Part shown: positions 38,954-53,025 of the stretch, piece by piece
How the letters are laid out: every line of letters begins with the position of its first letter
Position numbering within the stretch: the first letter of the stretch is position 1
Origin: Eledone cirrhosa
Lineage: Eukaryota
NCBI GenBank assembly: GCA_964016885.1
Contig: OZ024743.1
Coordinates: forward strand, 97,650,001 to 97,714,000
Length of the DNA stretch: 64,000 nt
Direction of reading: 5' to 3'
The notes under the pieces: generated by a model
What the model was told of the DNA's origin: nothing
The model's input: only the letters and a program-made list of their open reading frames with translations
Database searches by the model: none
Program-made: the position numbers and the translations under genes

Positions 38954-41802
38954 GTAGTCCACGGAAAAAAGCAACATACGACCAGTGACTCGGAAATATT
39001 ACAGAGAAACTCGAAACATTAGAAGTACAATAACTTGATGTATTAACATCCGGTTTCTTAATATGTATGCAGTCGTGTATTTTTTTGTATTGTTTTGCTC
39101 TTACAGCTGGCTACAATGATTGATTTACATGTCAGAGCTCTTTGCAAAATCCATCTCTGCTTTTATTCCAACCAAGCGGTAATTGCCATTGCCCATGGTC
39201 CCATACTACGCTCCACATATCTCATTTTATCGACTGAGATTATTTTCACTTTGTATTTTGTCCATTATAACAGGAACTACAATCGTCTAAAGCTGCTGAC
39301 AATATTTCCTATAATACCACTGACTGCCTGGAACAAGAAGGCGTTGAACCAAATTATTATTATTTTTTTTTATCCTTTTACTCTTTTACTCGTTTCCTTC
39401 ATTAGACTGCCTCCAAACTGGTGTGCCGCTTTATATTACATGTTCATCCTTATCAAACATTATTAATTGAAATTTGCTTTTTATCTATACGAAGTAAATC
39501 AAAATAAATACTCAGTTTATACTGAAGTGAATTCAATTAACTGCGTCTTTCCCATTGAAATAACTCAACACCTGAACGAAAATTAGGCCCATTGCACCAG
39601 TGTAAGAAATAAATAAAGCAGAGTGGTAATAGAAATTAAACCGAAGGACTACATCCAACTGTGTATCTGTTTACGTTCCATGGAGATCAACGTTGTATTT
39701 TATCTATCGGGGCTCATAATATAAGTAACGGAATTGACTGTAGCCCCATCTGAAACATTTGCTCTCGTCCCCCGTCAAAAGAAATCAATATAATAGTGTA
39801 TTTCGAACGTCACTAAATTCCTTGCAAGGATTTACGAATTAAAACTAAATTTAACCACGTCTTGAAGTATTAAATTTGTTGCATTTTTAAGAAAAGCTAA
39901 TTACCCTTAGGAATTAAGATATATTTAATCAACAGATACCTATAAAATCCTAATTAACTGTGAAATCAATGAAGACTGTGTAACGAAATTTTGTCATCGG
40001 ATTGTGTTGGTTGGATTAAGTGTGACAAGTGACAGTTTGGAAATTTTACAATGACAGAGTCAAGAACATTTCTAAATTATGTTAAAATTCACTTAGAACA
40101 ATCTACTTTTTAATGTGTTTTGCATTTAAAATGTAAAGAAAAAATATCATTGTGTTTTGTTTTGTTTGTGTTGTCTTAACAGTTCTTTGTTTTCAACAGC
40201 GCGATATCTTATAGCTTTCGTAAGTAGAATATGTTGTTATTTAATATACATTTTTTAGAGCGGTAGAGCGTCGAACAACATGCTTTGTGGCATATAGTTA
40301 TGATCTTTTAAGTTCTGGGTTGAAAAAATAAATTACCAGTTAAATACTGGAGTCAATATAATCCAATTGGCCCTCCTCACAAATTGCCGGCCATATGCCT
40401 AAATTAGAAATAATTTAACATAAATATTTACAAAATGTTTATTTTCTCTGAAAATAAATGTGCAAACCACGAAGAAAATTTTGCAAAAATCTCATACTAA
40501 TACACTTCTTCTTCATCATCATCATCATCATCATCATTATCATCATCCTCATCCCCCCTCCTCATCCTCCTCATCCCCTCCTCCTCCTCCTCCTCCTCCT
40601 CTTTATTCTCTTCCTCGTACCCTCTTCCTGATTCTTCCTGAAATGCAGTCCATGGCAATCTTGCTTTTAGTAAATTGTAACATTGATCCAATATGTTGGT
40701 CATTTGTTATTTTTAGCATGTCGAATCATCACATAGCACAAACTTCCTTAATGGTTTCCTATATTCTTCTGTCAACATGTGTTACACAACTTAATGTGCG
40801 AGAAATATTAGACTATTGGTCCATATCTATTCAGAGTTAATAATATTTGGGGTCCATGCTATTTAGACTGCTACCGCTTTATTATAGTGTGAATCAATTT
40901 CCTCTGGCATTAATATTTGCTTTAACGTGGTGGCCAAACAATTCTCTTCACTGATTTTCAAACAGCCTAGCAAAAGCCACTAGATTTAATCAGATAATAG
41001 GAGAAAATTATATTGGCTAATAAAACGCATATTGATAAATATGAAATTGTGTGGATTCGAAATTTATATTAATACCGTGTTATTTTCTTTTTAAGACGCT
41101 TAAAGATTGCATTATAACACTGTATTTCTTCATTTCTGCACTTAAAATATTTTAGTATATTTTAATGTTGACTCTTTCCTAAAGACGGAAACTCCAGATT
41201 TTATGAATCCTTGAAGGACAATCTTTGGAAGCTGTGACCTTTACCAATATTAAAACCTGGGAATTTGTTGTAGTGATACTGACTTCTTTATCAATGTTCC
41301 GATAAAATTACAATTTGGCTCCTCTGTCCATTGTACGTGACAAACAATATACATGAAGTTTCGTGAATAGTGAGAATATTACTAACTATGATTTATAGTC
41401 CGCAATTGAATTTTCATGTAGATATGTGTTGCGCGGAGCCCAAACATATGAATGACAGTTTCTAATTTCGGCAGAAAACCAGCAATTTGAAAGAAGGAAA
41501 CGTCGATTGTATCGATCCACGTATTTGACTAGTGCTTAATTTTATCATATCAACCCGTGCAATGTTGATATCGATGAGCACAAAGCATTTGCTTGACGCT
41601 CTAATGACATAGCAAGCCCACTACCGTACAACTTGCAGATAATACAACTCCATAAAACAGAGAGACCGAGAGTGGTTAGTTCATTTGTTGAAGAAACAAC
41701 AATGAATTCTGAAATTCCGTAGTACGTCTGATGTCAAGAAAGCCGTGTACGTCTGATGTCAAGAAAGGGGCTGATATATACAAATCTTTCACTCTCCCTC
41801 TT

Positions 41803-41848
<46 letters not shown>

Positions 41849-42090
41849 GGTATATCTTTTTGTATCATCCTGGATGTAATTTGTTTATTTACATTTATTC
41901 ATGTATTAACATTTATTCATTTATTGTTGATATCATTATTTTCCCTCTATTTTTCTTTTTCTCTTACGTTATTTCTCCTTTATCCTTTTCTCTCCTCTTT
42001 CTATCCTCCTTTCTCTATATCTTTTTTTCTCTGTATATCTTTCTCCGTTTTCATTTCTCCTTTTTTTTTTTTTTCTTCTTTTTCTTTTTC

Positions 42091-42122
<32 letters not shown>

Positions 42123-42684
42123 TTTCTTTTTCCTTTTTCTTTCATTCTTTCCTTTATCTATCTCGCTTTCTTTCTTTTTTTTCTCTCTCTATCTTTATTA
42201 TTAATATTATTATTGATGCCGTAATTTGAATTTGTAGATTTGCTGGTTATATATTTTTGTAATAGTCTCTGATGTTCTGATTGAGTTAGCATCGTATTTA
42301 AAATTGAGTGGCACTGCTTCTAGTGTTCAGCAATGTTTAGACAACTTAATCAGAGAAACAATTGTTAGGCTGTAAATAAATCCCCTTTTTTGTACTGCTG
42401 ACCATGTTATTCTTCACTTTTCCAATGTTATTACTCCAAGATAAACTTACATAGGAATACAAGTGAAATCATAAACTCGCCATCTACGTAAACCTCTTGT
42501 TGAGTCAAACAACGTCGTACGCTAAAACTATCCATAATAAGAAGTATTCACAACCTCTAACTGGATTACCTATAACGATATTTTGTTATCCCTTATATCT
42601 AGGTATATATATATATATAAAAAATAGGTTTATCGCTCTACATGGCTGAATACAAGAAATGTAAATCTTAGTTTTTCGAATATT

Positions 42685-42736
<52 letters not shown>

Positions 42737-43137
42737 AAATAAATAAAATCTATGAAGTCATCTACATAATAATTTAAATGTCAAGATGGACACCAGTCTC
42801 TTAAATCTTTTTTTAAAAATCCGGGTCGATATACATTAGAACTATGCAATGTAAAATACAAGAAACATAACGGTCTATCATGTAAAGGAGTGCTAGTAGG
42901 TGTTTCGTAACTTAATCCCCGTTGTTTGTGTCTAGAAGTAAGATACCTAAATATATGTACTTTGGGTAATTAAGCCTAGGGATTTAGTTCTTATCAATAC
43001 ACATGCTGAATGTTTGATGTCAATTGAAGTTTCATATATATGTGTGTGTGTCTATGTTTATATATTTATATATGTATACATATATTTACACATACACATA
43101 TATATATTATATATATATATGTGTATGTGTATATGTA

Positions 43138-43197
<60 letters not shown>

Positions 43198-43200
<3 letters not shown>

Positions 43201-43384
43201 CGAAGGAAATGTGGTAAGGAACCAGGTGGACCATAACCAAAGTACTCAATACTTAGGGTAGTAGAGTGGGTAATAGGAACAAGTAAGACCCCGTGTGTAA
43301 ATATGTAATAATCGGGCTGGATACCCGATCGCGTGAATTAGCCGTCGAAACGGCTTGAGCTCAGCCGTCGGGGTCTTACTTGTT

Positions 43385-43388
<4 letters not shown>
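43198..43388 (-). mobile_element. Family A mini-element with a foreign segment in the hairpin loop
   Basis: Arms taggaacaagtaagaccccg / cggggtcttacttgttccta; loop 43307-43334 is the reverse complement of 44582-44609. Confidence 0.7.
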
Positions 43389-43471
<83 letters not shown>

Positions 43472-43476
<5 letters not shown>

Positions 43477-44073
43477 AAATATATGATAAACACGAAATGT
43501 GTTCATATTGCAACAGACAAAGTTAGCTATTAATGAAATAAACTAATTAAAGTAAATACAATTTGTCTGTCTCGATATAAGTCAATAAAGACAAGCTTAT
43601 ATTGGCAACAGCCATGATTCCTGGACATATTTAAATTTCGAAATTCAAACCTGTTCTGTAGACGAATGTGAACCTCGAAACCCAAATAAGTTTCGCAACG
43701 GTGGAATGTGAATTGAAAAATAAAGAGAATCGAAATGGAGTTGAAATAAACGAGTCAAATACCTAAATCTACTGTGCATATCAACAGGAATCCAGTAAAA
43801 TTAGTCTATCTCACATCAAAAATTTTGCAGGTCTGACTACACGTGTGCAGGCAAGCCAAAACTAGCTATCCGGCATTCACGGTGCTAGAAATAACAGCCG
43901 CTTATGCAGGATTAAGGATCAGCTCATACAATAAAGGAGCTATACATTATATTATATTTTGAGAATAAACTCTCAGTCGTTTACAGTAATTAAGCTCCAG
44001 GAAGGGGCTCTTCCGAGCAGTTACATTTAAAATATATGATAAACACGAAATGTGTTCATATTGCAACAGACAA
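43472..44073. repeat. 553-bp unit bounded by identical 49-bp direct repeats, between (TA)n tracts
   Basis: atttaaaatatatgataaacacgaaatgtgttcatattgcaacagacaa at 43472-43520 and 44025-44073. Confidence 0.8.
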
Positions 44074-44273
44074 TATATATATATATTATAATAATAATTG
44101 TTTCTACTTTAGGCACAAGGCCAGCAATTAGTCAGTGCATTACTGGTACTTTATTTTATCGAATAAATGTAAAGACTAAAATCCAAAGAGGGCTCGATAA
44201 GGATAAATATATATCAAATATATAAGAACCCTAGAGCAAATATATATATATATACATGCATACATACATGCAT

Positions 44274-44890
44274 GATGGCTGCCTCCTCGTTATCGAGTAT
44301 GGCCATTGCACGATATACCATTATTAATAATTATTAATTAATTCTATCGTGCAATGCCTGTGCGTGAGGATTTTTTTAAAAGTGAGGAAAGACTGTGCAC
44401 TGAGCCAATCCCACTCTCTGGGCGACAGTAGCTATTACCCGAAAAGAAGAAAAGATCAACATCATCGGTAACTACTGAGCCGCAGGTTTTATATCGGAGT
44501 TATCCCAGTTTCTTGAGTTGCCTTCTCCTAGAAGCATGCCCTGACAAAGGCTACGGTTCTTTCACTCCCAGTGGTTTAACGACGCGATCGGGTATCCAGC
44601 CCGATTATTTCTATGTCCCCGCGTATATACATACACATGCACCTATGTATATACACATATACATAGTATATGTGTATATACATAGGGCGGAAGTATATGT
44701 ATATATACATGTATATATACATATACTTCCGCCCTTTGTCAGGTTTTGTTTTTTGTCCTGCAGGGTGTCCAAAGACACCCTCATCACCAAGTAAACTCGG
44801 TGGGGTTGCCGGTTTAGTCGCCGACGTCCCTACTATGCGACAGGTTGTACTGGTTACATGTTACCAGTAGCACTCAAGAGTAACCCGACA
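44274..44890 (-). mobile_element. RTE-like non-autonomous retroposon with (ATGT)n tail
   Basis: Minus 3' end ...gccatactcgataacgaggaggcagccatc then ATGT-like repeats; copies at 49992-50370, 50629-51121 and diverged 48135-48531, the last with a C2H2-like remnant CHKCSVCTRVFKSLAGLKSH. Confidence 0.6.
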
Positions 44891-44980
44891 TAATACATAC
44901 ATACATACATACATACATACATACATACATACATACATACATACATACATACATACATACATACATACATACATACATAC

Positions 44981-47900
44981 AATTGAAAATTTCCCTCAAC
45001 GAAATCTTCCAGAGAGAAATTAACTCATGTATAAATATCTCCTTTGCTGAACGTGTTAAAGGATAATGGTGAATAAAAAACCAAATAATGAAATACTACG
45101 TGTTATTGACGAAATAGGGGATGAATATTTACGACGGATAAAAACCCCAACATTTTGGCAAATCAACGCCTGTTTATATGCCTTAGCAATGACAGTGAAG
45201 CATTATCTTGGTGATAGCAGAGATATTAACAAGAACAAAACACCACCAAAAATACCATCATATATAACTAAAATAGAAAAAAAGAGTGCTGACCTACGAA
45301 AAAACATAGGATATGTGATAACGCTCCTTACATGCAAACAAACACACAAAAAACCTCACTCCTCACCCACAAAGAGTGAAAAATAAAATAGAGACGATAT
45401 TTGGTAACAGTAGAACCAGAACTCTCCAATATAAGCTGATCACCCTCACACAAGAATTGAGAGCTATTAGCGAAAAACGCCGATACCTGAAGAAGGTAGA
45501 TGGGAGAAAAATGCTTAATAAAAGATTCAGACGAAACCAAACATCAGTCTATAGAGATATGAAGGGCAAAATAATAAGTGTCACTGAGGCCCCATCCCAG
45601 AAAGACATAGATTCCTTTTGGAGAAAAAAATGGGGTGAATAGAAGAATTTCAACCAAAATGCAGTGTGGCTAAGAGAAATCCGAAAGAACTATTGCTCCT
45701 ACACTACAACAAAAACATACGAAATAAGTGAGGGGACCCTTGAGACTGATAGGAAAATTCGAAAATAAGAAAACATCAGGAAGAGACGTGATTGTCGGCT
45801 ACTGGTACAAAAAACTAATATTCTATCGGAGGTATCTTACTGACCTCTACCAACAAGTTCTTAAGGGAGATACACTTATACCAGAATCGTTGACATTAGC
45901 ACAAACGTTACTGGTCCCCAAGAACAAAGACACCCACTTGGCAAAAAACTACCGACCCATTGCATGCCAGAACCTGATGTATAAGATGTATACAGCCTGC
46001 CTCAACCTATTCCTCCAAGATCACTGTGAAAATAATAACATCATCACAGATGAACAAGCAGCTGGAAAGAAAAGGGTTTGGGGATGTGCTGAACAACTCC
46101 TAATCAACAAAACTGCGATGTCGGAGGTGCGACAACTTAGGAGGAATATGACTACAGTCTGGCTGGACTACAAGAAAGCTTTCGATTCTGTTCCCCACTC
46201 TTGGATGATAAAGGCCTTCAACTTGCTAAAGTCCCAGACATTATTGTCAGAGCCATAGAGAGGCTGTCTTCTCTTGGGCTACTATCCTAAGGTTAAAGAC
46301 AGAGAGGGAGGACTCTATTTTCACTGATAAAATAAAATATTGCAGGGGTATATTTCAGGGGGATAGTCTCTCTGTGATATTGTTCATCTTGTCATTAAAC
46401 CCCTTGTCCTTTCTGCTCAAGAAATGTGAGGGATACATCATTGGCTCACAGGAGGACAGAAATACGAACCTAACCCATAACTTCTTTGTGGACGATCTGA
46501 AACTCTATGCCAAGAACATGGATGGGATGAAGAAAAATCATGACCTGGTAACAACGTTCTCAAAGGATATAGGAATGGAGTTTGGCCAAGATAAATGCTC
46601 ATACATGACTGTAAAGCGGGGAAAAACAACAACCCAATCTAGCAACATTGTCATCAATGGTCTAACTGTTTCACCGATATCTGATGAGGACTGCTACAGA
46701 TACCTGGGGATAGATGAAAACATATCTTATAATGGTATCTGTAATAAAGAACGCGTAACCAGGGAATACTACACCCGATTAAGAAAGATCTGGTCATCGG
46801 AACTCTCTGCGCAAAACAAAACAGTGGCTCACAATGCTGTGCCTGTCCTCACACCAACGTTTGGAATACTCAATTGGGCGATAGACGAAATCCGAGCAGT
46901 TGATGTTGGAACTCGAAAAATACTGAACAACACCGGAAAGTTCCACATCAACAATGCCATAGACCGCCTTTACTTGAAACGTAAGCAGGTAGGCAGAGGC
47001 CTAACATCAGTCCAGACAACATTTGAATGTCGTATCATATCTCTCCGACAACATCTACGAACCTCGATGCGTAGGAGCCCGCTTCTCGAGCAAGTCTATC
47101 TGCATGAAACAGATAAGATCATGAGAGTTGGGAAGGAACTCCTTCAGAGATATTTCCTGTGTGATAATCAAAAACTCACACCCAGGGATGTCGCTCAGCA
47201 GTATCGCAGTGAATCCATGGATGAAAAACTGCATGCCTATCAGCAAAAAGTCATGCATGGATATGTTGCCAGGAAGCTCCAGAGTGAGAGTAATATAGAT
47301 AAGGAAAGTAGTCTATCTTGGACCAACAACCGCTATATTGGCTCCCACTTTGTAGGATACGCTTTTGCAATCCAAGAACAGGAGATTAGCACGAAATACC
47401 TGATTCACAAAGGAGACTGGTGGAATGTTCCAGTAAAAACCCCAATAAAATGCAGGCATAACAGACCAGATATTATGATATGGGACAGGGAGAAGAAAAC
47501 ATGCACAGTAGTGGAAATTAGCTGCCCAGCAGATGCCAATATAATATCAAAGATTAGTGAAAAGGAGAATATTTATGCAGAACTGATGAGAAATCTGCAG
47601 ATACTCCACCCTGATTACACCTTCAGATGTATGCCTGTGATTATTGGGGCACTGGGATATGTTAGTAACTGCCTCAATACAAATCTTGAGAAGCTAGGCT
47701 TCACAGGAACAGAAAGAACACAACTGGTTAGGAAATTACAAGTACAATCCAACAGTAAAAATATGTAAAACATTCCAAAATTTTGCATCTAATAACTGCA
47801 TATACACATGTACAGATACAAGGCATATACACATGCACCCATACAACTCAAAACATACACATCCACACATACAATAACATCCATATCTACACATGCATGC

Positions 47901-48025
47901 ATGCAGACATACATACATAACTACCTAGTTGATGTGTAAATTGCCATGAGAGAGTCTTGGGTCTATGTTAGAAACCGACTCTCTCTCTATTGGTAAAACT
48001 TTGTGAAATTATAAAACCAGAAGAA
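44981..48025 (+). mobile_element. R4/Dong-like RLE non-LTR retrotransposon, 5'-truncated and frameshifted, inserted in (CATA)n
   Basis: RT motifs YRPIACQNLMYK, WLDYKKAFDSVPH, GIFQGDSLS, FFVDDLKLY, YRYLG; RLE HNRPDIMIWD..VVEISCP; (CATA)n on both flanks. Confidence 0.85.
45066..47790 (+). pseudogene. Disrupted RT-RLE polyprotein of the R4-like element
   Basis: ORFs 45066..45386, 45376..45642, 45728..46258, 46374..47768; zinc-knuckle region missing near 47410. Confidence 0.8.
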
Positions 48026-48581
48026 CATACATACATACAAACATACATACATACATACATACATACATACATACATACATACATACATACATACATACAT
48101 ACATACATACATACATACATACATACATACATACATGGTGGCTGCCAACTCGTTTTCGAGTACGGCCACTACTTTATATCCATGTAGGAGAACTCCTACC
48201 GATGCGCTGAACGAGTGACTTTTTAGTCCAGCCAGCGACTTGAAAACTCTGGTACAAACACTACACTTGTGACAATTATTGACACATAGTGCTGGGCCCA
48301 TGGTACCATGTGACGACAAGTGCAGAGAGATCTCCAGATATAAAGCAATGCCTGTGCCGTGAAGCTTTTATAGTGAGCAAAGGCACTGCACAAAGCCAGT
48401 CCCACTCTCTTAACCAAGATGATATTTACCAAAAAGAAGAACAAGTCAACATCATTGGATACCATCCAAAATCACCGGGAAAGATGACCCCTTAGCCTTT
48501 GTCAAGGCAGAATTCTAGGTGAAGGAAAACTCATACATACATACATACATACATACATACATACATACATACATACATACA

Positions 48582-48612
<31 letters not shown>

Positions 48613-49742
48613 GAAAACATAGATGTGAGGATTAGAGATTTAATGTTAATTTCGTTTCGCATTGGATATATGACAGCTTGTATAATATTCTTCAGTCTTC
48701 TCGTCAACAAGTCTTGCTAACAATCAATAGTGTTATAAACGCCAGACACACCTGGTTTGTACCATAACCATGGTACGACAAAAGTCTTCTGTGTGACATG
48801 AGACACTGATCAGTGGTATCAGACGTTCCTGTTCTTCCTATATCCAGATGCCCTTGGATGACTTTACGTGAGCATATTCTTTTGCCAGCATTTCGTCTGT
48901 GAATATCATCCTCTATTCCAGCCCTCAGTCGCAGCGTCCCTGAAAATCGTCAGGGGTGCTAACCTTCTGACTAAGCCATAAAAACATGTAAAAGGAAACA
49001 TTGTTCATTGTCATCGCGTACCAATGTGATGGTTTGTGAAATGATGAAGAAGAAAAAAACTGCTAATACCAGGATTGACATGTACTAGATATCCACCTTC
49101 ATTTAACGTCATTAACCTGATTCAAAAGGTACGATATATATTTAGCCAATATCTGAATGATATAAAACTGGAAAAGATCTCTTGCTTTTAAACATACATG
49201 ACTGTGTACATGCATATACACAAACATAAATACGTATTTTACTGGGTTACATAGATGCCATATAAATATACATACATATTTAATATACAAATGAATCTAG
49301 TATACATACAGGAGAGTTATTAACTAATATGATAAGCACATTTATGACTACAATGACTTTGAGCATCATACTATGAAGACTGAATTGGGGTTAGCAATGA
49401 AAAACTTCAGTGTATCAACAACCTTTTGAAAAACGTATGTTATATTTTCTAGCCAACCCACATAACTGTGTTTTATATGTATTAATAATTCTTTAAATCC
49501 TAAGCTGTTTTCCTGAATTCCTATACTACCAAACACAAGCCGGAAATAGTATACCGAGGAATACGGCTCGGTTCAGATTAGCTTTGTTAATATTTCAAGT
49601 TGAAGTGTATTGTTTACGTAGTCTCTTATATTTACTCATATATCGGAGATTCATCTCTACAAACTAATCGTGCTCTACCTCGAATGTAACTGAAATCTCC
49701 GAAAACACACACGCATATGCACACACACACATGCAGACATAC

Positions 49743-49775
<33 letters not shown>

Positions 49776-50504
49776 AAATAAGTGCAAAAAACTATGAATT
49801 GTACCGACTACACAAACCCTCACATAATATTTAGATGCACATATATTCTCGCATATATAGATCATATAATATACACAATATAATACATACGTCATACATA
49901 CATGCATGCAAGCATGCATGCATACATACATACATACATACATACATACATACATACATACATACATACATACATACATACATAAATACATGATGGCTGC
50001 CCCCTCGTTATCGAGTATGGCCATTGCACGATATACCATTATTAATAATTATCAATTAATTCTATCGTGCAATGCCCCTGCGTGAAGATTCTTTTTAAAG
50101 TGAGGAAAGACTGTGCACTGAGCCAATCCCACTCTCTGAGAGACAGTAGCTATAACCCGAAAAGACAAAAGATAAACATCATCGGTAACTACTGAGCTGC
50201 AGGTTTTATATCGGAGTTATCCCAGTTTCCTGAGTTGCCTTCTCCTAGAAGAATACCCTGACAAAGGCTAGGGTTCCTTCACTCCCAGTGCTTTAACCGC
50301 GCGGTACATGTGTATATACATATTTACACACTTCTGGATGGCCGTTGACTCTCATGAGTTCTTCAACCCATACATACATACATACATACATACATACATA
50401 CATACATACATACATACATACATACATACATACATACATACATACATACATACATACATACATACATACAGACAGACAGATACGTGCAAGCATACATATC
50501 TTCC

Positions 50505-50609
50505 TATTTGATGCTGTGTAAATTACAATAAGAAAATCTTCTATATATGTTAGAAACCGACTCTCTCACTATTGGTAAAAGAATTTGTTAAATTATAAAA
50601 CCAGAAGAA
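50505..50609 (+). mobile_element. Extreme 3' fragment of the R4-like element
   Basis: tatgttagaaaccgactctc...attataaaaccagaagaa then CATA repeats, matching 47930-48025. Confidence 0.7.
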
Positions 50610-51130
50610 CATACATACATACATGATTATGGCTGCCCCCTCGTTATCGAGTATGGCCACTGCATGACATGAATAATTATTAATTAATTCTATCGTGCTA
50701 TGCCTGTGCCTGAAGATATTTTTAAAGTGAGGAAAGACTGTGCACTGAGCCAATCCTGTGCACTGAAGATCAACATCATTGGTAACTAATGAGCCGCAGG
50801 TTTTATATCGGAGTTATCCCAGTTTCCTGAGTTGCCTTCTCCTAGAAGAATGCCCTGACCAAGGCTAGGGGTCCTTCACTCCCAGTGGTTTAACCGCGCG
50901 GTACATGTGTATATACATATTTACATACTTTTGGATGACCGTTGACACTTATGAGTTCTTCCGCCCTTTGTCAGGTTTTGTTTTTTGTCCTGCAGGGTGT
51001 CCAAAATCACCCTCCTCCCCAAGTATACTTGGTGGGTTGCCGCTTTAGTCGCCAACGACCCGACCATGCGACAGGTTGTACTGGGTTACATGTTACCAGT
51101 AGCACTCAAGAGTGACCCGACATACATACA

Positions 51131-51919
51131 TATCACCCATGTCATCAGCAGCTGTCCAAAGATGCCATCGCGGTACTATCTACCTATGAGGCATGATGTA
51201 GTGGCCAAAACACTGTACAATGCAGTTCATAAAAAAATAGCCCCGATAATAAACACATTAAAAGCTACAACAATGTGGAAGACATCCATGTACATAATAT
51301 GAAAGAGTACTGGTGGAATGTTCCAGTAAAAATCCCAATAAAATGCAGGCATAACAGACCAGATATTATGATATGGGACAGGGAGAAGAAAGCATGCACA
51401 GTAGTGGAAATTAGCTGCCCAGCAGATGCCAATATAATATGAAAGATTAGTGAAAAGAAGAATATTTATGCAGAATGGATGAGAAATCTGCAGATACTCC
51501 ACCCTGATTACACCTTCAGATTTATGACCGTGATTATTGGGGCACTGGGGTATGTTAGTATCTGCCTCAATACAAATCTTGTGAAGCTAGGCTTCACAGA
51601 AACAGAAACAACTAGTTAGGAAATTACAAGTACAATCCATTAATGGAACAGTAAAAATATATAAAACATTCCAAAAATGTTGCATCTAATAACTGCATAT
51701 ACACATGTACAGATACAAAGCATATACACATGCACACATACAACTCAAAACATCCACATCCACATATACAATAACATCCATATCTACACATGCATGCATA
51801 CATACATATCTACCTAGTTGATGTTGTGTAAATTCCAATGAGAGAGTCTTGTGTCTATGTTAGAAACCGACTCTCTCTCTCTGTTGGTAAAACTTTGTGA
51901 AATTATAAAACCAGAAGAA
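51131..51919 (+). mobile_element. Second R4-like 3' fragment (zinc-knuckle tail, RLE, 3' UTR)
   Basis: ITHVISSCPK..MRHDVVAK; 51310-51919 nearly identical to 47418-48025; CATA flanks. Confidence 0.8.
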
Positions 51920-52694
51920 CATACATACATATTATACATACATATACGTACATGTGTATGTGCATGTGTGGACGTGACTGGGTGTATATATCGAGATATA
52001 TACAAACGGTCTGTGAGACTAACAAACAGGCAAGCAGGTACAGAAGTATAGTAAGATATAGAAGCAGAAATGGAGGTGGGAGTATGTTGAAGTTAAACTT
52101 TTTTCTAGATAGAGAATTAAGTGCATATGTACTGATATATATATATATATATATATAAATTATCATGTATACGTATGTTACTCGTATTTATATATGTGTC
52201 TTAAGCATGCATGCGTATATCTCTATAGACACAATGGAATTAAGACTGTGATGAATAGAGTCAGTCAGCATAAAGAAAATATGTTGTCTGCTTGTATGAG
52301 TCTATATATGTAAAAAACATACGTAAATAATTTTATAGATCTTACAATGTATTAGACTATATGTGTAGTAAGTTAAAGAGAGTATATCTAAAACACACTG
52401 CACTGCTTGTAATAAAATGTTGTGATGAGTCAAGAAAACATAAAAGACATTCAAGTGATAAGACTATTTACTCTATATAGTATCGGAGTTAATTTTTTCT
52501 GTTGAATTAATTAAAACTGTTCTACTTCTAGTAGTTTACAGTAATCTGACATCTTTGATGTTATTTTCAGTGAAAATAACATAAATCATTATTAGTGAAA
52601 TGTATTTAATTATAGTTTATATCCGCGTTCGCTGACTTGAAAATGTATGTTGCAAAATGCTATAACTTCTCTCATACATATGTATATTTGGACG

Positions 52695-52775
<81 letters not shown>

Positions 52776-52853
52776 ATATATGTGTGGGGGGTGTATAATT
52801 ATTAATAATAAGTAGGAACGAGGTGTCATAGTATCATCATTAAGTTTATTCCG

Positions 52854-52936
52854 GTGTGACGCGCGTCTCGCAATTGATCAGCTCAATGTTCGCTCTGTAT
52901 CGATACCGACTCTGGAGTCAATAGCTCATCAGAGTC
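52854..52936 (-). ncRNA. Long-stem-II hammerhead motif (GAAA to GAGA), family D
   Basis: Minus: CTGATGA gctattga...tcaattgc GAGAC gcgc GTC ac; palindromic stem III ACGCGCGT. Confidence 0.6.
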
Positions 52937-52986
52937 TTGGATTCGTTAATAAACCAACAGTAACCTAAGGTTACTATACATTAAGC

Positions 52987-53025
<39 letters not shown>

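Noticed and set aside
40460-40840. His/Pro-rich and acidic ORFs
   Set aside because: Derived from (CAT)n and (CCT)n trinucleotide repeats.
46681-46720. CTGATGAG inside the R4-like RT ORF (also CTGATGA on minus near 12401)
   Set aside because: Coding sequence without compatible stems and GAAA.
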